Assembly: GCA_002433895.1 (NCBI GenBank)
Contig: DJJA01000004.1
Location: forward strand, 24,132-88,131
Reading direction: 5' to 3'
DNA length: 64,000 nucleotides
DNA from: Candidatus Gottesmanbacteria bacterium UBA6580
Lineage (GTDB): Bacteria; Patescibacteriota; Microgenomatia; UBA10105; UBA927
The translations under genes were made by a program, and so were the position numbers. The notes beneath the pieces are model-generated. The model did no database searches, had not been told where the DNA came from, and was given only the letters and a program-made list of their open reading frames with translations. Shown in pieces: positions 21,101-30,294 of this stretch. Within the stretch, counting starts at the first letter, position 1. Each line of letters begins with the position of its first letter.

Positions 21101-24042
21101 TCGGTAAACTCCAGGACAGTGACTGCCTTGTTATCGGCGTCAATGAGTTGCCAATTCTGTTGACCTGCGGCGTGCACCAGGCGGTAGCCATCAGGAAGTT
21201 TCGCGGTGAGTGCTGCATCATTTGGTGCAGTGAGATCAGGGATTGTGACGACTTTTTGTGTGCCTTCTATAATATCGCCTGCTTTATGTGGTTCAACAAA
21301 CGTGAGCCCCGCCTTTTCTAGCGTTTTGCGAACCTGATCCTCGGTCATATTGGTTCCTAACACTACGTCTTCTTGACCCCGGAGGTTGGCAATAAGACTT
21401 TGGTCAAATTTTGCGTCATATAGTACTTTGCCGGTACTGTCTGTGTGAGGTATGAGTGTTAGTTCTTTCGGTAATTGATACGGTACCTGATGCGCGGCAT
21501 CGGGTCCCAGCGATACGACGTGGTCGGCGCTTGGCGGAGAAAGTTCGATATGCGCGGTACCAGTAGCGTGCGCTTTGTCACTCAACTCCGCAGCTCCCTG
21601 CGTGATCGTGTCGCCATGACCAATTTGAGCAATTCCCTGTACCGCTACGCCGACTGCGGCGCCTACAACTCCTGCCTTTACGCCGTATTTGACCGCTTCG
21701 ACGCGTGCTTCTGCTTTGAACTCTTCGAGTATCGCATCAAGCCCCATGGCTTTTTCTTCACCACTTAATGCTTTGGATGCAAACGGCCATCGGCGTTTGA
21801 CGATGTCAACCTCCGGCGCATACGAAGATATGAGATTAAGGGTGAGTTTAATGGGGTCATCGAGCGCATCGAGGGTGTTGACCCCTTCCCGCAATACTTG
21901 CGTTTGGCTTACGGTGAGCTTTTCCATAAACTCTGGGAAGGTGTTGCCGCCTAAGACTGTTGCTGATTGTTCGGCATGGGTTGATAAATAGGCGTCGAGA
22001 TCTGCAAGCGCTTTGTTAGCAGTGAGGTCAAGTGCCGCGCGTTCGCTTTCGATGGTTTCGCGGCTGGAAAACTGTATCATACCAATTCTTTTTGGTCCTG
22101 TTTCACTGACGGCCTTCCTCGCGTGGAGATCGGCAACGGTTGCAAACGCGCTTCGCAGCTCGTCATCAGTCAGATTTGCTTTGAGTACATCGTTTTCATA
22201 GAGTGTTGTCGTAAGGCTTCCCATCATTTCATCTGCCCGGCGTTGTTTGACGGCAAATTTTTCAAACCACGCCCTGCGCTTTTGTGTTTCGGTAAATTGG
22301 GCGCCAGTTTCGCGTTCGCGTAGATGCGTCATGTAATCCTTGTTGAGCTGTCCATATTCGCGCCAGCCGGCAAATAGACCTCCTGCCAGGGCACCACCGG
22401 TAAGGCTCCCGAGTGGACCCGTAATGCTCGCAACTGCTTTAAACGGTGCGGTTTTCAGGAAATTGACGGCAGAGAGCGTCAGTGCCACGCCGGAACCAAT
22501 CGTCGCTTCGTTGAAGAGCAAGGGAACAAGAACATTCTTTTTGTTAAGCCATTCGGCGATTTCCCGGATTTGTCCCACTCCTTTTTCAACTGCTGTGGGC
22601 TCCAGGCTCGTGACTTCTCCCATCTGTCCCAGACCTAGCCTAATCTGCATGCCGGCGATTGCTTCGTCTATATTGGCTAGTCCTGCCTCATGGGACATTT
22701 TCGTGCGTAAGGTTTCTGCTACCTCATACAGGCTCGAACTATATAGTTCTGCCTCAGCAAAAATATCCGGGCGGGTGTCTTTGAGTGTAGCTTTGAAGAA
22801 TTCTTTTGTTCGATTATCAAATTCGGTTTTGTCTGCTATCTCGCCACTCGCATACTGTTTGAGGAGTGTTTGTATTCCTTCTACCAGCGGCTTATGTTCT
22901 TCTTTTGTGGGGTCTAATATCTCCAATTTCTCACCGAGTTGTGTCCGTATAAATTGGTCGGCATTTTCAAGATCTGTTCCAAATCGGGCTCGAACCGCTT
23001 TTGCTTCGCGCTCGAATGTTTCTAAGCCTTTGATTTCTCCCGTTAGACGCATGGCGCCGATTTCTTCGAGTGCCATGGTTTGGATACTCGTCCGCATGCC
23101 GACTTTATCTTTCAGCCAGTCAGCAGCTCTCGTTCCTGCCCGCACAAGAAAGTTTGCATCGGCTAGTTTGTTGTTATATCGGTCTGTGGCACGGCGTTCG
23201 GCCATCCGTATTGCTTCTTCGGCAAACGGGGTTTCTGCCGTCTTTAACATATCCATGTAGTACTGCCGGCTTTTTTCGTGGAAGTAGATACCGCCGATAC
23301 TTTGTTTCCATACGTTGGTAAAGACAAATTCATGGATGCCATGCACGGCCTCCTTCGTCTTTTCCCAGAGATTACGATTGGCCGTCGCTCTCGCTTCAGC
23401 ACTCGGGCTGGATAGCTTCTGCATGCTGCGGTCAGCAAGATCCAGTGCCCTCGTTTCGTATGCCTTAAGACCAACAATAGTGATGGTGTTGGGGTCTTCC
23501 TTGAGCGTTTCCAGAATTTCTCGTGCGTCTTTGGTTGGCGTAGGTGTTGGTGCTTCAGGAGTTGCGGGTGCTGGCTGCTCAACTGAAGGCTGTCCGGTGA
23601 CTACCGGTGCTTCCACCGGCGTTTCCGTTGCGGTGACCGGTGCACCAGTGGCTTCAGGAGCCTTGGGAGTAGGCGTGGCAGTTGTTTTGGGCTCCAGCGA
23701 AAGCGATTCCTTGGTGATAATATGCGGCGTACCCGCTTCATCGGTCCACTGTACTCCCGAGAGTTTGTCCCAGGGGATTTCATCAAACGCGTTAACATTC
23801 GTGAGCGGCTTATCGATGAGCTTGCCTTCTTCACCCTTTTTGCGGCTGGCTTCTTTGACAAGAGGGACAGCGCTTCCGACGCCATCGTTGGCTCGTTTAT
23901 CGGCGCCAAGAATAGTGATATAGCTGATTTCTTTGCCCGTGATTTGCTGCGGGGTGGTGAGATAAATAGCCGTTTCACCCACGATAATCGATTGCGGCTT
24001 GGGAGCTTCGGGTGATTGTGGTGTTGGATGTGGTTCTGCCAT
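18139..24042 (-). CDS. giant protein: helical N-region, Gly-rich hydrophobic helices, C-terminal degenerate GT2-like domain
   Basis: 1967-aa ORF; VVTIP...LNNYAGQ...EFVIY and GNLAVRAGTLAAVGGY...EERELA are GT-A-like. Confidence 0.8.
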   Translation of the reverse strand: MAEPHPTPQSPEAPKPQSIIVGETAIYLTTPQQITGKEISYITILGADKRANDGVGSAVPLVKEASRKKGEEGKLIDKPLTNVNAFDEIPWDKLSGVQWTDEAGTPHIITKESLSLEPKTTATPTPKAPEATGAPVTATETPVEAPVVTGQPSVEQPAPATPEAPTPTPTKDAREILETLKEDPNTITIVGLKAYETRALDLADRSMQKLSSPSAEARATANRNLWEKTKEAVHGIHEFVFTNVWKQSIGGIYFHEKSRQYYMDMLKTAETPFAEEAIRMAERRATDRYNNKLADANFLVRAGTRAADWLKDKVGMRTSIQTMALEEIGAMRLTGEIKGLETFEREAKAVRARFGTDLENADQFIRTQLGEKLEILDPTKEEHKPLVEGIQTLLKQYASGEIADKTEFDNRTKEFFKATLKDTRPDIFAEAELYSSSLYEVAETLRTKMSHEAGLANIDEAIAGMQIRLGLGQMGEVTSLEPTAVEKGVGQIREIAEWLNKKNVLVPLLFNEATIGSGVALTLSAVNFLKTAPFKAVASITGPLGSLTGGALAGGLFAGWREYGQLNKDYMTHLRERETGAQFTETQKRRAWFEKFAVKQRRADEMMGSLTTTLYENDVLKANLTDDELRSAFATVADLHARKAVSETGPKRIGMIQFSSRETIESERAALDLTANKALADLDAYLSTHAEQSATVLGGNTFPEFMEKLTVSQTQVLREGVNTLDALDDPIKLTLNLISSYAPEVDIVKRRWPFASKALSGEEKAMGLDAILEEFKAEARVEAVKYGVKAGVVGAAVGVAVQGIAQIGHGDTITQGAAELSDKAHATGTAHIELSPPSADHVVSLGPDAAHQVPYQLPKELTLIPHTDSTGKVLYDAKFDQSLIANLRGQEDVVLGTNMTEDQVRKTLEKAGLTFVEPHKAGDIIEGTQKVVTIPDLTAPNDAALTAKLPDGYRLVHAAGQQNWQLIDADNKAVTVLEFTDTGELKGTPAEITRITNELNAHGLKWETPEVSRVRLSAELPTVLPSSPEAPAAGQMMEIRGSDLREGGLWNYFMDRAEGENKVATTNGLKNLFRLYEQHMVPHDSEGIPKNITLGDGKSPSEHILHLRDATFGDTAVKEFDIARIPNDAHISVPKEFFSPEAIKQFSELNNAAIDRYQEIAATGKGPMEVLAILEKGSEQDKIDALLLRMGYFGRDADLPTEAELAPLLHKLGVTETTSSPEVVAPAVPEKIIPIHQFTLTEVHTDNAPMGQILAAKPLDIPYNVETTVIPGTPAPEIPWVPIFIPYRHVLEALPVESLAPNALSGDMLLSPFGYEEVFINREALAARTSPRLKENPQAKLNEREEIDWYLGALSPEETQMLEDLKAQENPAVHPDVRAVVTIPLVQNGSTIYDRLNNYAGQTNADGTPIDPKRTEFVIYEATVTPPTGSVNQTLPGNTKAEIERFKTEHPDMQVVYVTREYQNAPTSGQVKRDMTNFTLSRLASRPAEAPEAVIIAENSTGKPIEATYLSSIVDALDANPTLDMVSGTYQLPPETYATYPMLFAHHRAFEVFDALVRHGEAQSVPAVFQGNLAVRAGTLAAVGGYNQTSPFLEERELAWMITEARGTPDVATVLPTLTATMDPKETIYMQLQQLGLAEPAAPLENNEVYKNMTWEEMGKIASEQFTKEHLETHLTNMYEHMYPSLKSGHPERFNGYFTRALDSLGLTYELKDGKVNLLDTTNLGANMSVAPDIEAYAKTTAPEIVAATPKAPETSREHLESMAGENAEASIVETPTTETVASSISSPEVNEANQPEQAGTPETPKPEAPLPEGVDDRINYVVSRSKESEAKVQFTSNELMDYVKSSVDMAGTRITGGRITLLGNRVKLEDMTAKIKVAGAKLGEAQFSGTLITDPTKGLIVDKNTLNIKLPMLFRLAEGTIRNSLNNFNGLVLDHINGRINQQWQAGRIDISGDKLEISFVKKQPK

Positions 24043-24130
24043 GGTTGTTACGGTTGACTATTAACAGTGCGCTATTAACCAGAAAATATTGTGTCTGGTT
24101 AACTGTAAAAAGTTAACTGTCAATTGTTAT

Positions 24131-24466
24131 CTAGTTTGCTTTCTTTTCTTCTCCTATGTACAGTCTTTTGAAATCAGCGAATATTTGTGAGACGAGAATA
24201 TCGGGTTCTTTGACGTAGTTACTGATAAATGCGTTGACCTGTTCGGGTGATGGGTTTGTTTTGATGAGGTCGGCAAGTTGCGTGACCGCTTCCGGGTTGG
24301 CACTGCTGACCATCTCAATTGTGCGAAGGGTGAGGTATTGATTAAGGCGATCCGTAAGCTCACGTTTGATATCGGCGCGGGTCGCGTCATCGAGTGGGGT
24401 GGCCGAAAATTTTTCTGCGATAAGTGTATCGATAAATGCCTCGATTGCAGGCAGAGAAATATCCAT
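24131..24466 (-). CDS. small helical CPR-type protein (DUF5663-like)
   Basis: MDISLPAIEAFIDTLIAEK...ELTDRLNQYL...FADFKRLYIG; family assignment from memory. Confidence 0.65.
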   Translation of the reverse strand: MDISLPAIEAFIDTLIAEKFSATPLDDATRADIKRELTDRLNQYLTLRTIEMVSSANPEAVTQLADLIKTNPSPEQVNAFISNYVKEPDILVSQIFADFKRLYIGEEKKAN

Positions 24467-24624
24467 ATATCCACAGTAGGTGAGATAGGAGGTCGTGTCA
24501 AGGATGTCACAACTATAACGAAACATATTTATATATATCTTTATTAGTCAGATGTTTCTTGAATGATATAGTTGTTATTTCTCTAATTTGGTAATTTGAT
24601 AAAAGTATCCTATAATACGTAACG

Positions 24625-25299
24625 ATGGGAAGCAATGAAATGCGTCATTATTTTACCAGCGGGTTTTTTGCCGATGCGAAGCGGTCACTAGTCCCCGGCA
24701 CACGTCCCGAATTAGTAGGAACTGAAAAAATGGTAGCTGCAGATATTGAGCACCGCCTTAGTCGTGGGCGGGGTTCCGTGCTTTTCGTTGAACTAGGCGG
24801 GCAGGCGGGTGCTTCGTCTGCGGTGCTTAGTGAATGGTTTACCCGGGATATCAGGCGTGGCCGGTTGACGGTAATGGTGACTAATCATGAGCGTCGATCA
24901 GGAGTACAGATACTCCGCGCGTCAGAGCGCGTCATGAAACAGTCAAAACGGTCAGCGGAGATTATTCCTGATATGGATACCGCTATGTTTATCCGTGAAC
25001 ACATGCACCTCATAGATTGGCGTTCTGGTGTCGACACAATCCACCTTCCGCAGTTAACTTCGGCGTACGGTGGTGCCGATGTGATACATGAGTGTATGGC
25101 GGGTTTATTTTTCCATCCTGACCGGCCACGGGCATTTCAGGCGGTTACTGCCGCCCTTAAGCCGGGTGGTGCCTTGTTTACCCGCGAAACACCGGACAAG
25201 GATCGCTCATATGGTGCATTTCCAAGCGATGTCATGAAGCCGGATGGGTGGTATGTGTGGGGAGTGCGGGGTTACCGGATATATAGAAAAATCGGATAA
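24625..25299 (+). CDS. class I SAM-dependent methyltransferase-like protein
   Basis: FVELGGQAG motif I, ADVIH, ALKPGG; TATAAT 8 nt before ATG. Confidence 0.65.
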   Translation: MGSNEMRHYFTSGFFADAKRSLVPGTRPELVGTEKMVAADIEHRLSRGRGSVLFVELGGQAGASSAVLSEWFTRDIRRGRLTVMVTNHERRSGVQILRASERVMKQSKRSAEIIPDMDTAMFIREHMHLIDWRSGVDTIHLPQLTSAYGGADVIHECMAGLFFHPDRPRAFQAVTAALKPGGALFTRETPDKDRSYGAFPSDVMKPDGWYVWGVRGYRIYRKIG

Positions 25300-25308
25300 T
25301 CCGTGGTG

Positions 25309-25683
25309 TTATGTGGGTTTTGCCGAGCCAGTCCAGACTAATTTTACATTTTGTTTGATCACGCGGTCGGCGAGTTCCTGCGCTTCTTTGTATTGGCCCG
25401 CTTTAATAAGCTGCTGCACTTGGGATATCGCGGGCTTTGCGACTCCCTGCTCATAATCCCGTAGATACGGTACGATGACGTGGGATATTTCATTAAAATT
25501 GTCATCAAGGTGGGGGAGCGTCCGGTAGAGATCTTCCATGCTCATGCCGGGTTTGAGTTTGTCTAATACCATCTGCGCGAGTTGTTGCGCGCGTTCTTCG
25601 CTCATTTCCTCTGCCTCAACTTTACGTTTGATAATATCGACGATATCTGCTTCTATTTTTTCTCGGATGTCATCGGGGCTCAT
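25309..25683 (-). CDS. hypothetical helical protein
   Basis: MSPDDIREKIEADIVDIIK...; internal ATG chosen to avoid overlap with the upstream gene. Confidence 0.7.
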   Translation of the reverse strand: MSPDDIREKIEADIVDIIKRKVEAEEMSEERAQQLAQMVLDKLKPGMSMEDLYRTLPHLDDNFNEISHVIVPYLRDYEQGVAKPAISQVQQLIKAGQYKEAQELADRVIKQNVKLVWTGSAKPT

Positions 25684-25756
25684 GAAAATAGTATCGGGTA
25701 TTTCGTGGGGAGTATCAAGAGGGGTGCCAATGCGTGAGGAAAAAAAAGAGAAAGTG

Positions 25757-26656
25757 TTAAGAAGGTTTATTTTGTTGCCATTTCTCGTCATTTTCAGACG
25801 GATACGGGAATATCAGTCCTTTCTTTTTTGATAACTCGCTCACATGCTGACTGATATCAATTTGTGTGATGAGAGCCTGAAGTGCTTCGGGAACCGCGCC
25901 ATACACAAACCGCCGCAGTGTTTTTAAGTCGAGATGATCCCATGTGGGGATTTCAAATGCTAATCTCGGCGCGACATTGGGGTCGGTTTGTACGTAACAA
26001 CGCAACGGCTGTGTTTTGTCGTATAGGTCAGTGCCGCCATTTTGGATAGAAATGCCACCGGCTGCCATTGTGACGTCATATGGCCCATGCGTGTTGATAA
26101 CGTTCAGAACATCGTCTATCGTGAAAGGCCGCATTTTTCCAGCTATGCGGACAAGCACCGTGGCAGGATGCGCGAGGGGGTTGGTCAGATCTATGCCGGT
26201 AAGCGCGGTACATATTTCAAAATTTTTTCCTGATTGCTGGAGCGCGCCGTTGTCAGGATCTTTCAGCCATTGCTCAAGATTTGCCGGTTTTTCCAGCACC
26301 CGTGGCGTATCATCGGAGGAGTCAGCATCATAACTTATCTGTACAGTGTCAGAGTATAACCGTATTGTTCTTCCCGGCCGGGTCATAATTTCTCCTACTA
26401 AGTCTTTGTGTGCCACATTATTCACCGTGCCAAGCACCAGTAGCCCGGCTATATCCTGGAGCGCTTTTTCTTTGGCAACTTCAAATGGCCATTCTGCGGG
26501 TGAGCTATTTACCGGTTTATGGATGGTTGTTTCGGTAAATCCGAAAGGTACTTGTCTCACTCTATCCGGCGGGAGGAGAGAAGCGAACGCCATGGTGCGT
26601 TCTTTTGAGGATGTGGCAATATCAAGATAAATTGGACGCTCGTGCTGGAGTGCCAT
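25757..26656 (-). CDS. divergent Maf-like protein
   Basis: IATSSKER, AKEKA, SDTV and LEKP echo Maf motifs (LASxSPRR, AxxKA, aDTiV, lgKP). Confidence 0.6.
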   Translation of the reverse strand: MALQHERPIYLDIATSSKERTMAFASLLPPDRVRQVPFGFTETTIHKPVNSSPAEWPFEVAKEKALQDIAGLLVLGTVNNVAHKDLVGEIMTRPGRTIRLYSDTVQISYDADSSDDTPRVLEKPANLEQWLKDPDNGALQQSGKNFEICTALTGIDLTNPLAHPATVLVRIAGKMRPFTIDDVLNVINTHGPYDVTMAAGGISIQNGGTDLYDKTQPLRCYVQTDPNVAPRLAFEIPTWDHLDLKTLRRFVYGAVPEALQALITQIDISQHVSELSKKKGLIFPYPSENDEKWQQNKPS

Positions 26657-26897
26657 TGGTATGTATAAATACTGACTCGAGAGCAGGAATAAAAATCACA
26701 CCGTATCAAAAAATGAACCGTGAAATTTTCTCCTTTCTTTATACACGGCACCTACGGATATGGGTCAACTGGGAATAAAGGAGCTTATCTGTATCAAAGT
26801 ACGGCAATTTTTCTCATGACTATTTTTATGGGTGTTGTAATGTATATGTTGCTCATAAAGTCAGGCTCATGGATTATTTCGTGTTCGCTGTACTATA

Positions 26898-27344
26898 ATG
26901 CGCTTCATTATGCACATTGTTGAATTTACGCTAGCAATTCCCACGCCATTACATCGAAGATTCCGATTGGAGCCGCATTTGCGTGGAGCGACCGCAAGAA
27001 TTTTTGAACCGGGAGACCGGGAAGATATTACGTCTCCGTTGTGGAATAACCGCACACACAAATGGCAGCTTGCTGTCCGTACCGATGGGATTGGCGTATT
27101 AACGATCACCCCTGTTTCGCAAATAGCGTCCATTTTATTGCTCGGACGACGGGGGGCCGAAACGCTTGGCGCGGTGACACACACCATCACGCGGCCAGTC
27201 CGGCATGTACTTGCAGGCACACAACTTATAGATGGTGATGGGACACAGGTAACTACCGTGTTTAAGGCAGTGTGCGCACTCGAAGATAATGACCGGCTCA
27301 TGCGGTGGGTTATGGATTCGCACCCCCGGAGAATTTTCCGGTAG
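26898..27344 (+). CDS. hypothetical protein
   Basis: 148-aa ORF; start may be 26910. Confidence 0.5.
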   Translation: MRFIMHIVEFTLAIPTPLHRRFRLEPHLRGATARIFEPGDREDITSPLWNNRTHKWQLAVRTDGIGVLTITPVSQIASILLLGRRGAETLGAVTHTITRPVRHVLAGTQLIDGDGTQVTTVFKAVCALEDNDRLMRWVMDSHPRRIFR

Positions 27345-27381
27345 ATCATTTTACCTATTTAAGGTAGGATGGAAAAACACT

Positions 27382-28665
27382 ATGGCAACATCAAATTTTA
27401 CAAAAACTGTATTACCAAATGGCGTCCGTCTCATCCTCGTGCCGGTGCCCGGAGTAAACAGCATCGCGACCGCGGTCATGGTGGGTGTAGGAAGTAGGTA
27501 TGAAACGCCGGCAATTAGCGGCATCTCCCATTTTCTCGAGCACATGGTGTTTAAAGGTACGGAAAAATATCCGACGACTGACGACGTCAACACTATTGAG
27601 CGTGCGGGAGGGCTGCAAAACGCGTATACCGATATTGATATTACGAACTACCACAACAAAGTACTGAGTGAAGATTGGCGCCTTGCATTGGAAATAAACA
27701 AAGAGCTTGCCATTAAGCCCCGAATACCTAGCGAGTGGGTGGATAAAGAGCGTGATGTGATACTAGAGGAAATGAAGCGGTACGAAGATGAACCAGCAAG
27801 TAAGGTAGAAGAAGCATATCATGCATTGTTGTACCCCAATAGCAAATTGGGTATGCGCACGATTGGCGAAGAAGCAAGTTTGCGTTCGGTGGGTGCTCAA
27901 GAGCTCCGTAATTACCATGACGAATGGTACGCGCCGGAGCGCATGGTAGTGATCCTTTCAGGTAATGTGCGTGGCAACGAGAAAAAAATTCATGAGCAGG
28001 TCGGCGAATGGTTTGCCGCGTTGCCGGCGAAAAAAACCGGGGATATAGAAGTAGTTACTCCACAGCAAAAGGCGCCGCAACTTACCGTTGTGACTAAGCC
28101 GGACGCAGCACAGGCACACCTTATTGTGGGGCTTCGTGCATTTGCGCGCGGCAGTGAAGACCGGTTTGCGTGGAGTTTGTTTAATCTGGTCATGGGAGTA
28201 TCGTTTACGAGTAGATTATTTAAAGAAATCCGTGAGAAGCGAGGGCTTTGCTATCACATCCGGAGCAGTAATGCAGCGTACGCTGATGTAGGGAGCTGGG
28301 ATATTTACGCGGGGGTCGCGACAAATAAAGTAGAAGAAGCGACGAAGGCTATTATCGAAGAGCTCGGGAAGGCAAAAGCTGCAGGAATAACTGAAGAAGA
28401 GTTGGTTGTTGCGAGGAAACGGCTTAAAACTATTTTAGCGTTCAAAAGTGAAGACCCTGAGTTTTGGAGTGAATGGTATGGGCGTGCGGAAGTGTTCGGG
28501 ATGCCCCTCATGACGCTCGAAGAGTATATCGAAAAGATAGAAAAGGTAACAATCCAAGACATTAACGCGCTTATTGGGAAATATTTTATTACCCAAAGTC
28601 TCAATATGTCGTTGGTGTGGAGTAAGCCGCGTGAAGAAAAACTTCTTGCCCTTCTTTCACTGTGA
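27382..28665 (+). CDS. M16 (pitrilysin) family peptidase
   Basis: GISHFLEHMVFKGT (HxxEH), NAYT, SRLFKEIREKRGLCY. Confidence 0.95.
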   Translation: MATSNFTKTVLPNGVRLILVPVPGVNSIATAVMVGVGSRYETPAISGISHFLEHMVFKGTEKYPTTDDVNTIERAGGLQNAYTDIDITNYHNKVLSEDWRLALEINKELAIKPRIPSEWVDKERDVILEEMKRYEDEPASKVEEAYHALLYPNSKLGMRTIGEEASLRSVGAQELRNYHDEWYAPERMVVILSGNVRGNEKKIHEQVGEWFAALPAKKTGDIEVVTPQQKAPQLTVVTKPDAAQAHLIVGLRAFARGSEDRFAWSLFNLVMGVSFTSRLFKEIREKRGLCYHIRSSNAAYADVGSWDIYAGVATNKVEEATKAIIEELGKAKAAGITEEELVVARKRLKTILAFKSEDPEFWSEWYGRAEVFGMPLMTLEEYIEKIEKVTIQDINALIGKYFITQSLNMSLVWSKPREEKLLALLSL

Positions 28666-28668
28666 TCG

Positions 28669-28697
28669 TTGACCCTGTATTTACTATAGGGTAAAAT
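28669..28697 (+). promoter_or_regulatory. sigma70 promoter, likely leaderless transcript
   Basis: TTGACC-17-TAAAAT; ATG 7 nt downstream; no SD. Confidence 0.7.
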
Positions 28698-28704
28698 TTC
28701 CACT

Positions 28705-29337
28705 ATGCAGCCGACAATTATTTCTATTTTAGGGAGGCCGTTGGCCGGGAAAGATACTCAAGCGGTATTGCTTGCCCGGAATATCCCTGACAGTGTGATT
28801 ATTTCGACCGGAGCCATGATCCGGGAGGTAAAAAACGAAGGGGAGTCACACCGGTTTTGGCCGATATTAGGCCCTCATATCGCGGTGATGGACCAGGGGA
28901 TACTGATCCCTGAGGAAGCGATTAACGAAGCATTTGAGCGTGTCGTACATGAAAAATTAGCCGAAGGGGTAAGGAATATCATCGTGACCGCGCATCCGCG
29001 TATGCCCAAAGAATTGGAATCTTATGACAAAATGCTCGCCCGCGAAGGATTAACTGGCGTGTTTGTGCATCTTGAAACGTCTGAACCATATATGTACGCG
29101 ATGGGAGGCACCCGTAATCACGGGAGAGCCGATGACCGGCGAGATGTGTTACACACAAGGGCAAAGGAGTTTACTCTCCATACCGAGCCAGTGTTGCACC
29201 AACTTCGTGCTGAAGGGCGGTTACACACGGTGTTTGCCGAGCGCCCCATTGAAATAGTGCAGCAGGAGTTGCGAAATGTGCTCCGGCCGTACCTTCCTGA
29301 TCCCGAAGCAACTCTTCCCCTCATGGCGCGCCGCTAA
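28705..29337 (+). CDS. adenylate/NMP kinase-like protein (copy 1)
   Basis: GRPLAGKDTQ P-loop, STGAMIR, GRADD; short LID. Confidence 0.85.
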   Translation: MQPTIISILGRPLAGKDTQAVLLARNIPDSVIISTGAMIREVKNEGESHRFWPILGPHIAVMDQGILIPEEAINEAFERVVHEKLAEGVRNIIVTAHPRMPKELESYDKMLAREGLTGVFVHLETSEPYMYAMGGTRNHGRADDRRDVLHTRAKEFTLHTEPVLHQLRAEGRLHTVFAERPIEIVQQELRNVLRPYLPDPEATLPLMARR

Positions 29338-29341
29338 CGGC

Positions 29342-29370
29342 TTGACGTGGGCTTTACTATAGGTTATAAT
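29342..29370 (+). promoter_or_regulatory. sigma70 promoter, likely leaderless transcript
   Basis: TTGACG-17-TATAAT; GTG 8 nt downstream. Confidence 0.7.
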
Positions 29371-29378
29371 AATATTCT

Positions 29379-30011
29379 GTGCAGCCGATCCTCCTCTCTA
29401 TTATCGGTAAACCACTCGCCGGCAAAGATACACAAGCCGATTTACTTGTGGCAGCCCATCCAGAAGCAGTCAAAATAAGTACCGGACACATCATGCGCGC
29501 CGTGCGTGAAGAAGGGGAAACCCACCGGTTTTGGCCGTTAATCGGTCCGTATATCCCGCTTATGGAACAGGGGTTAAAGTTGCCTGACGCGCCAACGATC
29601 GCGATGCTTGATGCCGTCATCAAAGAGCAGCTTGCCGAAGGGAAGCGTATGCTCGTTATCGCGGGTTCTCCCCGTGGCATGGAGCAGCTCGAAGGATTTG
29701 AAAAAATCGCCAAAGAAACAGGTACGAAGCTCGTACTGGTGCACATGGATGCTACAGATGAAGAAACGTATAAACGGAGTGCCACCCGCAATGAGGGGCG
29801 GGTTGATGACACCCCTGAGGTACACAAAATACGTCTTCATGAATATGAAGGGTACGTGGGACCCATGGTAGACGCGCTTGCCCGCGAAAACAGACTCATA
29901 TGGGTAAACGGTATGCAGCCGGTTGAAGGAGTATTCCGTGAGTTGCAACAGCAGTTGCGGCAACATGTGTTGGATCCCGAAATCACGCTTCCCGCGATGG
30001 CGCGGCGATAA
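29379..30011 (+). CDS. adenylate/NMP kinase-like protein (copy 2)
   Basis: GKPLAGKDTQ, STGHIMR, GSPR, GRVDD. Confidence 0.85.
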   Translation: MQPILLSIIGKPLAGKDTQADLLVAAHPEAVKISTGHIMRAVREEGETHRFWPLIGPYIPLMEQGLKLPDAPTIAMLDAVIKEQLAEGKRMLVIAGSPRGMEQLEGFEKIAKETGTKLVLVHMDATDEETYKRSATRNEGRVDDTPEVHKIRLHEYEGYVGPMVDALARENRLIWVNGMQPVEGVFRELQQQLRQHVLDPEITLPAMARR

Positions 30012-30033
30012 TCTCGGGTTTCCCGTGATATTC

Positions 30034-30276
30034 TCACCGTTGTGGCAGTTGGATTTTCCTGTCTAACCGCTGCTGCCGTGGGTGAAATCCATGGCGTTCA
30101 ATCTCTTCCAGTGAAGCAATCCGGAGACCATGTTTTTCAAAATATGCCTGAAGTGCGGGCCGGATAGTTGCAGGATCAACACCCCGGTTAACGATATCAC
30201 TTATGTCCGCGGTATGCGCTACGCCATAGTGGTCAAAAACAAGTATGGTGTTGCCGGGTATCACTTCGTGCATCAT
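30034..30276 (-). CDS. hypothetical protein
   Basis: 80-aa ORF filling the gap between genes. Confidence 0.5.
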   Translation of the reverse strand: MMHEVIPGNTILVFDHYGVAHTADISDIVNRGVDPATIRPALQAYFEKHGLRIASLEEIERHGFHPRQQRLDRKIQLPQR

Positions 30277-30294
30277 CAGCTATCATGATAGCAC

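Noticed and set aside
22340-23923. 306- and 202-aa plus-strand ORFs
   Set aside because: Antisense shadows of the 1967-aa gene
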